From Heterodontus francisci (taxonomy: Eukaryota), in the NCBI RefSeq assembly GCF_036365525.1, contig NC_090413.1, positions 7,130,001 to 7,194,000 of the forward strand: a stretch of DNA of 64,000 nucleotides. The letters run 5' to 3'. Positions 16,281 through 28,372 of this stretch are shown piece after piece. Positions within the stretch are counted from its first letter, which is position 1, and each line of letters starts with the position of its first letter. The notes below the pieces were generated by a model, which was not told where the DNA came from, did not search any database, and worked only from the letters and a program-made list of their open reading frames with translations. The translations under genes and the position numbers were made by a program.

Positions 16281-18308
16281 GAACATAGGAACATAGAACT
16301 TTGGAGCAGGAGTAGGCCATTCAGCCCATCAAGACTGCTCCACTATTCAACTTGATCATGGATGATCATCCACTTCAATGCCTTTTTCCACACACTATCT
16401 TCATATCCCCTTATGCCATTTGTATTTAGAAATCTGTCAATCTCTGCTTTAAACATACTCAATGACTGAGCTTCCACAGCCCTCTGGGATAGAGAATTCC
16501 AAAGATTCACAACCCTCTGAGTAAAGAAATTTCTCCTCATCTCTGTCCTAAGTGACATCTCCCTTATTTTGAAATTGTGTCCCCTGGTTCTAGACTCTCC
16601 AGACAAGGGAAACATCTTAGCTGCATCTACCCTGTCTATACCTTTAAGCATTTTGTAGGTTTCAATGAGATCACTTCTCACTCTTCAAAACTCTAGAGAA
16701 TACAGGCCCAGTTTCCCCAATCTCTCTTCATAGGACAGTCCCACCATCCTAGGAACAAGTCTGGTGAACCTTCATTGCACTCCCTCTATGGCAATAATAC
16801 CTTCCTAAGGTAAGGGGATCAAAACTGCTCACAGTACTCCAGGTGCAGTCTAACCAAGGTTCTATACAACTGAAGCAAGACTTCACTATTCCTGTATTCA
16901 GATCCTCTTGCAATAAAGGCAAACATACCATTAGCCTTCCTAATTTCTTGCTGCACCTGCATGTTAGCTTTCAGTGATTTATGGACAAAGACACCCAGGT
17001 CCCTTTGTGCATCTACACTTTCTAATCTCTGACCATTTAAGAAATACTCTGCACATCTATTCCTCCTAATAAAATGGATAACCTCATATTTCTCCACATA
17101 TTCCATTTACCATGTTCTTGCCCACTCACTAAGTCTGTCCAAATCCCCTTGAAGTCACTTTGCATCTTCCTCACAACACACATTCCCACCTAGTTTTGTG
17201 TCATCTGCAAACTTGGAAATATTACATTTGGTCCCCACATCCAAATCATTGATATATATTGTGAACAGCTGGGGCCCCAGGTACTGATCCCTGTGGTACC
17301 CCATTAGTCACAGCCTGCCAACGCGAGAATGACCCATTTATTCCTACTCTCTGCTTTCTGCCTGTGAACCACTCCTTCACCCATGCCAGGATATTACCTC
17401 CTATCCCATGTGCTTTAAATTTTGCTAACCAACCTTATGTGAGAACTTTATCAAAAGCCTTTTGAAAATCCAAGTATACCACGTCTACCGACTCCCCTTT
17501 GTCAATTCTGTTAGTAACATCCTCAAAAAACTCCAACAGGTTCGTCAAACATGATTTCCCATTCATAAATCCATGTTGACTATGTCCAATTGGATCATTA
17601 TTATCCAAGTGTCCATTTATCACATCCTTTAGAATATATTCTAACATTTTCCCTACGACTGATATAAGGCTAACAGATCTGTACTTCCCTGTTTTCTCTC
17701 TCCCTCCCTTCTTAAATAGTGGGGTGACATTTTCTTCCTTCCAATCTGCAGGAACCACTCCAGAATCTATAGAATTTTGGAAGATGATCACCAATGCATC
17801 CATTATCTCCATAGCTACCTCTTTCAACACTCTGGGATGTAGAATATCAGGTCCTGGGGACTTATCAACCTTCAACCCCATTAATTTCTCCAATACAACC
17901 TTCTTACTCATACTAATTTCCTTCAATTCCTCATTCTCCCTTGGATCTCTAATTTTGGGAAATTTGTTGTATATTCCTCAGTGAATTTAGACACAAAGCA
18001 ATCATTTAGCTTCTCTGCCATTTCTCTATTCCCCATTATAAATTCTTCTGACTCTGCCTGTAATGGACCCCCATTTGTCTTAGCCAAACGTTTCCTTTTT
18101 ATGTACCTATAGAAGCTTTTACAGTAGGTTATTATATTTTTTGCTAGCTTACATTTATATTCTATTCTCCCTTTCTTTATCAGTTTCTTGGTCCTCCTTT
18201 GCTGTATTCTAAAATCCTCCCAAACCTCAGGTTTACTACTATTTCTGGTAACTTTATAAGCCTTTTCTTTTCATCTTATATAATCCTTAACTTCCTTTGT
18301 TAGCCATT
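16281..18308 (-). mobile_element. CR1 LINE, 5'-truncated ~2 kb, frameshifted RT
   Basis: Fragments KSPGPD-LHPRVLKE, QHGFMNGKSCLTNLLEFFE, VDVVYLDFQKAFDKV and RNFFTQRVVNLWN. GAACATAG tail repeats at 16281. Confidence 0.95.
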
Positions 18309-19416
18309 GAGGCAATGAACAGCTCCCTTATATCTGCCTTCAAATTGCAGCCAGGTAGAAGACACACCCACTGTCATTTGCCTCTTCCCACTCTCCTTGC
18401 ATCTGTAAGTGGCCACCTGGTTTCCATTATAATTGGAGAAAATGGTGCACATGGAATCCAACCTTCTGCAACCTTCCAGCTTGAACCCACCACCTATGTT
18501 ACCCACCCAATGTTACCTTCCCTCCATTACCATTGAGCCTCCCTCCATTACCATACACAATGTAATCATCAACGTATTTATGCCATCCCTTCTCCTCCCT
18601 GTTCCTACTCCCATTACTATCAACATGCCGACTCTTACTATTGAACCTCCTCACATTGAACTGACCATTGTTGTTGAATCCCATTCCCCTCCATACGAAG
18701 CTGTCGAATACCCTCCCATTAGTGTTGACCTTCTCCCCTACAGAATCCATTTGTCCCCATTGACTGTGACCATTCCCTCTGTTAGTCAGTACTCTCAAGT
18801 TGCCCCACAGCTCCCCGATGTCGACATCACTCATCCCTCCGTGAAGGCCATTGCCGACTATTTTCTGACTGTAATGTTCTAATCAATCGACCACCCCCAC
18901 AGCCGACCACATCCAGCTTGAGCAGCATTAGCAACCATTACACACCCTGGACGCTCTGCTCCACCGCCCCCCCACCCCCTCCCGCTACTCCATGAAGACC
19001 CCCCCAATGCCTTCACCACCATCCCCTGAGATTATCACCCTTGCTGGAGCCAAACCTGGAAGGAAACATCCATTCCAATGCTGGCGTTCATTTTGAAGAT
19101 GAGTTAAAGAGAGAACAACACAGACCTGAGACTCAACTGCACAAAGCAGACTGTTTGCAGGCCACGGTGAAACAATTGTGTACCAGGTGGCACGGGAATA
19201 GCGCTCACTGTTCATTTAATCTGGCAGGTAGGACTGAACAGTAACTAAGTGTAGGGTAATGAATATTCATGGTATGTAAATGAATGCAAAGCTGCAATCT
19301 GCCACCATGCAGGAGGAGCCCCAGAACACTTAGAAGTAGAATTAGAATTAGAACATTACAGCGCAGTACAGGCCCTTCGGCCCTCGATGTTGCGCCGACC
19401 TGTGAAACCATCTGAC

Positions 19417-22311
19417 CTACACTGTTCCATTTTCATCCATATGTCTATCCAATGACCACTTAAATGCCCTTAAAGTTGGCGAGTCTACTACTGTTGCAGG
19501 CAGGGCGTTCTACGCCCCTACTACTCTCTGAGTAAAGAAACTACCTCTAACATCTGTCCTATATCTATCACCCCTCAGCTTAAAGCTATGTCCCCTCGTG
19601 TTTGCCATCACCATCCGAGGAAAAAGACTCTCACTATCCACCCTATCTAACCCTCTGATTATCTTATATGTCTCTATTAAGTCACCTCTCCTCCTCCTTC
19701 TCTCTAACGAAAACAACCTCAAGTCCCTCAGCCTTTCCTCGTAAGACCTTCCCTCCATACCAGGCAACATCCTAGTAAATCTCCTCTGCACCCTTTCCAT
19801 AGCTTCCACATCCTTCCTATAATGCGGTGACCAGAACTGCACGCAATACTCCAGGTGCGGTCTCACCAGAGTTTTGTACAGCTGCAGCATGACCTTGTGG
19901 CTCCGAAACTCGATCCCCCTACTAATAAAAGCTAACACATCATATGCCTTCTTAACAGCCCTATTAACCTGGGTAGCAACCTTCAGGGATTTATGCACCT
20001 GGACACCAAGATCTCTCTGTTCATCTACACTACCAATAATCTTCCCATTAGACCAGTACTCTGCATTCCTGTTACTCCTTCCAAAGTGAATCACCTCGCA
20101 CTTTTCCGCATTAAACTCCATTTGCCATCTCTCAGCCCAGCTCTGCAGCCTATCTATGTCCCTCTGAACCCTACAACATCCTTCGGCACTATCCACAACT
20201 CCACCGACCTCAGTGTCATCCGCAAATTTACTAACCCACCCTTCTACACCCTCTTCCAGGTCATTTATAAAAATGACAAACAGCAGTGGCCCCAAAACAG
20301 ATCCTTGCGGTACACCACTAGTAACTAAACTCCAGGATGAACATTTGCCATCAACCACCACCCTCTGTCTTCTTTCAGCTAGCCAATTTCTGATCCAAAG
20401 CTCTAAATCACCTTCAACCCCATACTTCCGTATTTTCTGCAATAGCCTACCGTGGGGTACCTTATCAAACGCCTTACTGAAATCCATATACACCACATCC
20501 ACTGCTTTACCCTCATCCACCTGTTTGGTCACCTTCTCAAAAAACTCAATAAGGTTGGTGAGGCACGACCTACCCGTCACAAAACCGTGCTGACTATCGC
20601 TAATGAACTTATTCTTTTCAAGATGATTATAAATCCTGTCTCTTATAACCTTTTCCAACATTTTACCCACAACCGAAGTAAGGCTCACAGGTCTATAATT
20701 ACCAGGGCTGTCTCTACTCCCCTTCTTGAACAAGGGGACAACATTTGCTATCCTCCAGTCTTCCGGCACTATTCCTGTCGACAATGACGACATAAAGTTC
20801 AAGGACAAAGGCTCTGCAATCTCCTTCCTAGCTTCCCAGAGAATCCTAGGATAAATCCGATCTGGCCCAGGGGACTTATCTATTTTCACACTTTCCAAAA
20901 TTGATAACACCTCCTCCTTGTGAACCTCAATCCCATCTAGCCTAGTAGCCTGAATCTCAGTATTCTCCTCGACAACATTTTCTTTCTCTACTGTAAATAC
21001 TGACGCAAAATATTCATTTAACACTTCCCCTATCTCCTCTGATTCCACACACAACTTCCCACTACTATCCTTGATTGGCCCTAATCTAACTCTCGTCATT
21101 CTTTTATTCCTGATATACCTATAGAAAGCCTTAGGGTTTTCCCTGATCCTACCCGCCCATGACTTCTCGTGTCCTCTCCTTGCTCTTCTTAGCTCTCCCT
21201 TTAGATCCTTCCTGGCTAGCTTGTAACTTTCAAGCGCCCTAACTGAGCCTTCACGTCTCATCCTAACATAAGCCTTCTTCTTTCTCTTGACAAGCGCTTC
21301 AACTTCTTTCGTAAACCACGGCTCCCTCGCTCGACAACTTCCTCCCTGCCTCACAGGTACATACTTATCAAGGACACGCAGTAGCTGCTCCTCGAATAAG
21401 CTCCACATTTCGATTGTTCCCATCCCCTGCAGTTTCCTTCCCCATCCTACACATCCTAAATCTTGCCTAATCGCATCATAATTTCCTTTCCCCCAGCTAT
21501 AATTTTTACCCTGCGGTATATACCTGTCCCTGCCCATCGCTAAGGTAAACCTAACCGAATTGTGATCACTATCACCAAAGTGCTCACCTACATCTAAATC
21601 TAACACCTGGCCGGGTTCATTACCCAGTACCAAAACCAATGTGGCATCTCCCCTGGTTGGCCTGTCTACATACTGTGTCAGAAAACCCTCCTGCACACAC
21701 TGGACAAAAACTGACCCATCTAAAGTACTCGAACTATAGTATTTCCAGTCGATATTTGGAAAGTTAAAGTCCCCCATAACAACTACCCTGTTACTCTCGC
21801 CCCTGTCGAGAATCATCTTCGCTATCCTTTCCTCTACATCTCTGGAACTATTTGGAGGTCTATAAAAGACTCCCAACGGGGTGACCTCACCTCTCCTGTT
21901 TCTAACCTCGGCCCATACTACCTCAGTAGACGAGTCCTCAAACGTCCTTTCTGTCGCTGTAATACTCTCCTTGATTAACAATGCCACACCCCCCCCCCCT
22001 CTTTTACCATCTTCTCTGTTCTTACTGAAACATCTAAATCCCGGAACCTGCAACATCCATTCCTGGCCCTGCTCTACCCATGTCTCCGAAATGGCCACAA
22101 CATCGAGATCCCAGGTACCAACCCATGCTGCAAGCTCACCCACCTTATTCCAGATGCTCCTGGCGTTGAAGTAGACACACTTTAAACCAGGTTCTTGCTT
22201 GCCAGTGCCCTCTTGCGTCCTTGTAACCTTATCCCTGACCTCACTACTCTCAACATCCTGTACACTGGCACTACATTTTAGGTTCCCATTCCCCTGCTGA
22301 ATTAGTTTAAA
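19417..22311 (-). pseudogene. CR1 ORF2 (APE endonuclease + reverse transcriptase) with a single nonsense mutation
   Basis: Open from 22311 to 19513. Motifs: FNARS, AISETW, GDFN, SDH, KSPGPD, QHGF, GVPQGSVLGP, FADD. TAG at 19512-19510 replaces the conserved W of RVVxxWNALP. The frame continues NALPATVVDSPTLRAFKWSLDRHMDENGTV to TAG at 19419-19417. Confidence 0.93.
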
Positions 22312-22500
22312 CCCCCCCGAAGAGCACTAGCAAATCTCCCCCCCAGGATATTGGTACTCCTCTGGTTCAGGTGAAGACCATCCTGTTTGTAGAGGTCCCA
22401 CCTACCCCAGAAACAGCCCCAATTATCCAGGAAACCAAAACCCTCCCTCCTGCACCATCCCTGCAGCCACGTGTTCAACTCCTCTCTCTCCCTTTTCCTC
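22302..22500 (-). pseudogene. CR1 ORF1 C-terminus (SGNH esterase-like)
   Basis: Translation ...DGLHLNQRSTNILGGRFASALRGGLN* with the DxxH esterase motif. TAA at 22304-22302. Confidence 0.85.
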
Positions 22501-22626
22501 GCTTCTTTGCCGACTTAATTTCTCTAAAATATCCCTCCAACAGGAATCTGAAAAAAAACTCCTGCTTAATTAAATCCCCCCACACGCCACCAAATCTGCT
22601 CTTGCAGAGCCCATAAAATTCCATCC

Positions 22627-22842
22627 AGAATGTCTGGACCAGGAGACAGAAGGTCTGGACCAGGAGACAGAATGTCTGGACCAGGAGCAGAAGGTCTGGA
22701 CCAGGAGACAGAATGTCTAGACCAGGAGACAGAATGTCTAGACCAGGAGACAGAAGGTCTGGACTAGGAGACAGAAGGTCTGGACCAGGAGACAGAATGT
22801 CTGGACTAGGAGACAGAAGGTCTGGATCAGGAGACAGAATGT
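22627..22842. repeat. 21-bp minisatellite (CCAGGAGACAGAATGTCTGGA)n, right half
   Basis: About 10 units of the same monomer as 14235-14531. Confidence 0.95.
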
Positions 22843-22854
22843 TGGCATCACCAT

Positions 22855-22860
22855 TTTATT
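22855..22860 (-). promoter_or_regulatory. Candidate polyadenylation signal (AATAAA) of the LRRC8E-like gene
   Basis: TTTATT on the plus strand, ~475 nt past the stop and preceded by AT-rich sequence. A second AATAAA lies at 23300-23295. Confidence 0.5.
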
Positions 22861-23335
22861 ATATTAAATAGTGTATAAAATTACAAATAAGGTTGTAAAA
22901 TGTGTTACAAATACTACATTTCCACGAGAATCTTGATAATGGAACATTGCCCATGGTTCCCAAATGGATGATTCCATCAGTCACACTGGTTCCGCTCACT
23001 CTGCTTTCCATTCATAAATCACAAGTCCTGCAAGCTTTTAACCAATGGTGGGCTGTGTGGCAGAATGAAGCTTTCTATTGGACAATCCAACTAAATCAGC
23101 TTGGCCCAACGTTCAGTTGTGAAAGGCACCAGAGTAAATAAATCATCAAACCAATTGTCCAAAATTCCCTCTCTCGATGTCTAGGTATCTTTGTGTGAGG
23201 TTGTCATTAAATGAACTCCACTGACCTGGAACAAACCCATCATTCTGTCCATCTCCCACTTCCTGTTCACTTCAGCTTTGCTCAGAGCAGCTCATTTATT
23301 TTTAAATCGCGGTGTTCTATGTTGTCCGCCTGGAT

Positions 23336-25597
23336 TCAGTCATCCTTCATCCGCTCTCTGACATCTAAAGGAAGGGCTTGAAACAAAGATTCCTCCACAA
23401 TGAGGGCTCTGCGGGTCAGGCTGCTGCACTCGCCCACCTCAGGGGGCAACACATCCAGGTGATTGCCCTTCAGTTCCAGCCTTGCCAGCAGGGACAGGCT
23501 TGTGATTCTGGGCGAGAGGGCAGTTAGACAATTGTGGGCAACCTTCAGCGTCTTCATTTTCTTACAAAAGAATAGCTCATTGGGCAGAGACTCGACGCTG
23601 TTGTAGGAAATGGAAAAGTATTGGAGGTTTTGAAGGACGCCGATTTCCGGGGGGATTGAACTGATGCGATTGTGAGAGAAGTCCAGATGTCGGAGTTTGT
23701 TGCACAGGAAGAGTTGTGGGGGTATGTGCTCAATCTGATTATTGTTGAGATAAAGGCATTCCAAAGAGCTGAGCTTTTTGATATGTTCGGGAATGTAGAC
23801 GATATGATTATACCACAGCTTCAGGCACGTTAGTTTGTGGCAGTGTTGGAGGCTGAGGATTTCCTCAATGGATCGGAGGTTGTTGTCCTTCAAGTTGAGC
23901 TCCTCTAAATTCAAGAGGCTGAACACAGTGTGAGGGATGTGCTCGAGCTCGCAGTTAATGAGCTCCAACTCCCTGAGCTGCTGCAGCTTCTTCAGGCTGT
24001 TCAATGTCATGAGTTTGGTGCCATTGTTGTGGATGGTCAACTTCTGAAGGTGGCTGGCAACCTCCACCAGGTTTGGAGGGATCTTGGTCAAGTTGCTCTT
24101 CAGAGAGAGGACCTTAAGACTATGAAGCTCACCAAGAGAATCGAGGAAAAGGCATTTTGCACTATCTTGAGTCAGCGAGCCTGTGAGATAGAGTTCCTCC
24201 ACATTTCTCATGGTGTGTGCCCAGACAGGAATCTCCTGGCTGCTGTTGAAACGGATCTGGAGGACTTTGAGATGCTCCCTCAAAAAACCCAATGCAGCCA
24301 CATGAAGTTTGATGGGACAGTTCAACAACGCCAACTCCTGAAGGTTGACTAACTGCACAGTCTTTGCTGGCAACTCGAGATCACTAATCAATTCTAGTTT
24401 CAGGGACTCGATTTCAGTCACCTCGAAGGTGGAAGTGGGAACTCCCGGAGCCATAAACAGATGGAGCTCAAGACGGTTCTGGCTGTTCCTCTGCAGCCTC
24501 TGCCGTAGCTTATCCTCGGTCCATTCATGGTTCAGGTTCAGCTGCATCAACTTACTCTCACTAACTTCAGAGAGAAAGACAGCAAACCTCTTGGAGTACA
24601 GAGAATCGTACTGGTCTATCAGGTGAAGCATGAAGGCAAAATCATTCTTCACATCCGGAATATCGCTGATCCCCGACTCCTGCCGCACATATTCAAAGGA
24701 ATATTCCTTGAGGGGTCGGTAGAAGAGCCAGTACAGGGTATAGAGGCAGGTGCAGCCATACACTGACACAAAGCAGATGTAGCAGACGGCTAGTTTGAAG
24801 AAAAGATGGGCCTTTGTGTGATTGCAACAGAAATTGTTGTAACCAGTCACATCCTTAATATTGACTGTGCAGGGAACCACAACATGTATGTTCAGAACCA
24901 GTGACGCATTGTAAAGGATTATCACGACGAACTTGAGAACCCGGACAATTGTTTGCCGAATGTACATTACGTAAAGGATGTCTCCTTCCTCCACATGCAG
25001 CCGGAACTTCTTCACCTTTTCGAACAAAGCCTTGGCCTGCTCGCCCTCCTTTTTATCGAGTGCACTCAGGCTCCCCTTGTCCACAACCACTTTATCCACA
25101 CTGGACTGGATACCCGGAGATTCAACGAAACTGACCTCTTCAGTGGGCAACCTGGACTCAGACTTGGAGTTGGACCGAGACAAGAAATCCAGTGACCGAC
25201 TTTGCTGCGCTTTCTCCTGATTCTCACTCGAAACCTCACTCAGCGCCCGCGTTGTCCATGGGGAGTCGAAGCACTTGCCCAAAATGGAAACAAAGTGCTC
25301 AATTTTGGAGCTGGTTCCTGGGAACTTGAACCAAAAGCTGCCACAGATCATGAAGATGAGGGTGTGCATGAGCACCAGATACGGAAAGTATTTGGCGTAC
25401 CAGTGAAGGGCTTTCTCATAACAGATCTGGTTAATGAAGCTATATTGCTGCAGGTCCAGGTTGGTCTTTAACCCATTCATTTCATGTCTTGAGCTAGTTG
25501 AGGGCTTTAGTTGCATCATGAACTCGGAACAATTGATATGCAACTCTGAGTGTGCAGATGAAGGTCCAGGGAGACAGATAATCTTGTCTTGCGTCAC
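23336..25597 (-). CDS. LRRC8E: LRRC8E-like VRAC subunit, large last coding exon (753 aa; pannexin-like TM region + LRRs)
   Basis: Acceptor ...ttctgtttAG|GTG ACG CAA GAC. Motifs: [84 protein letters not shown], LRRs. E-type rather than C-type states: VTQ, GTSSK, FCCNHTK, RPLKEY, QYDSLY, SES, LNHEW. TGA at 23338-23336. The LRRC8C/E clade is certain; E versus C is by eye. Confidence 0.85.
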   Translation of the reverse strand: MTQDKIICLPGPSSAHSELHINCSEFMMQLKPSTSSRHEMNGLKTNLDLQQYSFINQICYEKALHWYAKYFPYLVLMHTLIFMICGSFWFKFPGTSSKIEHFVSILGKCFDSPWTTRALSEVSSENQEKAQQSRSLDFLSRSNSKSESRLPTEEVSFVESPGIQSSVDKVVVDKGSLSALDKKEGEQAKALFEKVKKFRLHVEEGDILYVMYIRQTIVRVLKFVVIILYNASLVLNIHVVVPCTVNIKDVTGYNNFCCNHTKAHLFFKLAVCYICFVSVYGCTCLYTLYWLFYRPLKEYSFEYVRQESGISDIPDVKNDFAFMLHLIDQYDSLYSKRFAVFLSEVSESKLMQLNLNHEWTEDKLRQRLQRNSQNRLELHLFMAPGVPTSTFEVTEIESLKLELISDLELPAKTVQLVNLQELALLNCPIKLHVAALGFLREHLKVLQIRFNSSQEIPVWAHTMRNVEELYLTGSLTQDSAKCLFLDSLGELHSLKVLSLKSNLTKIPPNLVEVASHLQKLTIHNNGTKLMTLNSLKKLQQLRELELINCELEHIPHTVFSLLNLEELNLKDNNLRSIEEILSLQHCHKLTCLKLWYNHIVYIPEHIKKLSSLECLYLNNNQIEHIPPQLFLCNKLRHLDFSHNRISSIPPEIGVLQNLQYFSISYNSVESLPNELFFCKKMKTLKVAHNCLTALSPRITSLSLLARLELKGNHLDVLPPEVGECSSLTRRALIVEESLFQALPLDVRERMKDD

Positions 25598-25789
25598 CTA
25601 AACAGAAGGAAATGGTTGGTTTCAATTCATACAGACGCAGTAGACACATGGTTACACCTCAGTGTATATTCGTCCTAACCCCTGTATATGAGTATCATAA
25701 TGTGTATATTGACCCTGTGTATATGAATAGCACTGTGGGTATATTGATCCTGTCTGAGTGTATATTCATCATGTTTGCATCTTTATAAG

Positions 25790-28372
25790 AATAATTTGGG
25801 ACAAAATTAATAGTCACATGGACAAATGCGAGTTAACTAAGGAAAGCCAGCATGGATTTCTTAAGGGAAAATCATGCTTAACTAATTTGCTGGAGTTTTT
25901 TTGAGGAGGTAACAGAGAGGGTTGATGAGGGAAATGCTGTTAACGTGGTGTACATGGACTTTCAAAAGGCATTTGATATAGTGCCTCACAACAGACTTGT
26001 GAGCAAAGTCAACATGGATTTACAAAAGGGAAATCATGCTTGACAAATCTACTGGAATGTTTTGAGGATGTAACTAGTAGAATAGATAAGGGAGAACCAG
26101 TGGATGTGGTGTATTTGGACTTTCAGAAGGCTTTCGATAAGGTCCCACATAAGAGATTAGCATGCAAAATTAAAGCACATAGGATTGGGGGTAAGGTACT
26201 GACATGGATAGAGAACTGGTTGGCAGATAGGAAACAAAGAGTAGGAATAACCAGGTCTTTTTCCGAGTGGCAGGTAGTGACTAATGGGGTACCGCAGGGA
26301 TCAGTGCTAGGACCCCAGCTATTCACAATATATATTAATGATATAGATGAGGGAATTAAATGTAATATATCCAAATTTGCAGATGACACAAAGCTGGGTG
26401 GGAGTGTGAGCTGTGAGGAGGATGCAGAGAGGCTTCAGTGTGATTTGGACAGGTTGAGTGAGTGGGCAAATACATGGCAGATGCAGTATAATGTGAATAA
26501 ATGTGAGGTTATTCACTTTGGTTGTAAAAATTGAAAGACAGATTATCTGAACAGCGATAGATTGGGAAAGGGGGAGGTGCAGCGAGACCTGGGTGTCCTT
26601 GTGCACCAGTCGCTGAAAGTAAGCATGCAGATGCAGCAGGCAGTTAAGAAGGCAAATGGTATGTTGGCCTTCATAGCGAGAGGATTCGAGTACAGGAGCA
26701 AGGATGTCTTGCTGCAATTATACAGGGTCTTGATGAGACCACATCTGGAGTATTGTCTGTGGTTTTGCTCTCCATATCTGAGGAAGGATGTTCTTGCTAT
26801 ACAGGGAGTGCAGCGAAGGTTTACCAGACTGATTCCTGGGATGGTAGGACTGACGTGTGAAGAGAGATTGAGTCGATTAGGCTTATATTCACTAAAGTTG
26901 AGAAGAATAAGAGGGGATCTCATAGAAACCTACAAAATTCTAACAGGACTGGACAGACTCGATGCAGGAAGGATGTTCCCAATGGCGGGGGGGTCCAGGA
27001 CCAGGGGTCACAATCTAAGGATAAGGGGTAAGCCATTTAGGACTGAGATGAGGAGAGATTTCTTCACCCAGAGTGTGGTGAACCTGTGGAATTTTCTACC
27101 ACAGAAAGCAATTGAGGCCAAATCGTTAAATATATTCAAGAATGAGTTAGATATAGTTCTTAGGGCTAATGGGATCAAGTGATGTGGGGAGAAAGCGGGA
27201 ACAGGGTACTGAGTTTGGATGATCAGCCATGATCGTATTGAATGGCGGTGCAGGCTCGAAGGGCCGAATGGCTCCTATTTTCTATGTTTCTATGTTATAG
27301 TTCATGGAATAAAAGGAACGGTAGCAACATGGATACGAAATTGGTGGAGTGATAGGAAACAAAGAGTAGTGGTTAATGGATGTTTTTTGGGCTGGAGGAA
27401 GGCTTGTAGTGGAGTTCCCCAGGGATCAGTGTTGGGACCCTTGCTTTTCCTGATATATTTTAATGGCCTAGACCTTGTTATCAAAGTTTGCAGTTGATAC
27501 GCATTGTGAAATGTGAGGAGGATAGTGCAGAAATTCAAAAGGGCATAGACAAGTTGGTGGAATGGGCAGACAGGTGGCAGATGAAGTTTAACGCAGAGAA
27601 ATGCAAAGTGATTCATTTTGTTAGGAAGAACATGGAGAGACAATATAGAATAAAGTGTATAATTCTAAAAGGGGTGCAAGAGCAGAGGGACCTGGGTGTA
27701 TATGTGCGTAAGTCATTAAAGGTGACAGGACAGGTTGAGAGAGCGGTTAATAAAGCATACAGTATCCTGGGCTTTATTAATAGGGGCATAGAGTACAAGA
27801 GCAATGAAGTTATATTGCACTTGTACGGCCTCAGCTGGAGTATTGCGTCCAGTTCAGGGCGCTGCACTTGAGGAAAGACGTGAAGGTACTGGAGAGAGTA
27901 CAGAAAAGATTTGCAAGAAAGATTCCAGGGATGAGCAACTTCAGTTACAAAGATAGATTGGAGAAGTTGGGAAGTTTTCCTTGGAGAAGAGAAGGCTGAG
28001 AGGTGATTTGATAGAGGTATTCAAAATCATGAGGGGTCCGGACAGAGAGAAACTGTTCCCATTGGTGGAAGGATCGAGGACGAGAGGGCACAGATTTCAA
28101 GTATTTGGTAAGAGAAGCAAAAGTGACATGAGGAAAAACTTTTTCACACAGCAAGTGGTTAAGGTCTGGAATGCACTGCCTGAGGACGTGGTGGAGGCAG
28201 GTTCAATTGAAGCACTTAAAAGGGAATTAGACAGTTATATGAAAAGGAAGAATGTGCAGGGTTACGAGGAGAAAGTGGGGGGAATGGCACTAGTATAACT
28301 GCTCTTTTGGAGAGCCGGTGCAGACACGATGGGCCGATTGGCCTCCTTCTGCACTGTAACAATTCTGTGATT
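25790..28372 (+). mobile_element. CR1 LINE fragment A, interrupted by a younger CR1 at ~26009
   Basis: RT coding reads ...PHNRLVSKV|IVHGIKGTVATWIRNW... across the insert. 3' UTR ends CTGCACTGTAACAATTCTGTGATT. Confidence 0.9.
26007..27295 (+). mobile_element. CR1 LINE fragment B nested in A
   Basis: ORFs 26040-26534 and 26562-27182 are the CR1 RT and C-terminus. (TTTCTATG)n tail at ~27280-27295. Confidence 0.95.

Larger units (their letters stand above)
19331..22505 (-). mobile_element. Young CR1 LINE, truncated within ORF1 and retaining all of ORF2
   Basis: (TTCTAA)n tail at ~19331-19360, long EN-RT ORF, and ORF1 esterase C-terminus at the 5' end. Confidence 0.97.
14532..22626. mobile_element. 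PIF/Harbinger-like DNA transposon, internally deleted and inflated by nested LINEs
   Basis: Imperfect TIRs: GGCCAGGATTTTATGAGTCCCGCAA (14532) versus reverse complement GGATGGAATTTTATGGGCTCTGCAA (ending 22626), 17/25 identical. AGA direct repeat at 14529-14531 and 22627-22629. Removing the element restores the minisatellite unit. Transposase-like remnant inside. Confidence 0.7.

Noticed and set aside
18433-18882. Pro/Ile/Thr-rich 149-aa ORF
   Set aside because: Low-complexity pyrimidine-rich interior of the DNA transposon; no recognisable domain.
18869-19361. 15-bp perfect inverted repeat (CTGTAATGTTCTAAT at 18869 versus the CR1 tail at 19347-19361)
   Set aside because: One arm is simply the CR1 tail and there is no TSD. 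It is chance or a tiny tail insertion, not a TIR element.
23930-25471. Plus-strand ORFs overlapping the LRRC8 exon
   Set aside because: Antisense shadows of a real coding exon.
25595-25597. Start of the 753-aa ORF as a true initiation codon
   Set aside because: It is GTG (Val47) directly after a splice acceptor. The real N-terminus is in the exon at 31223-31086.
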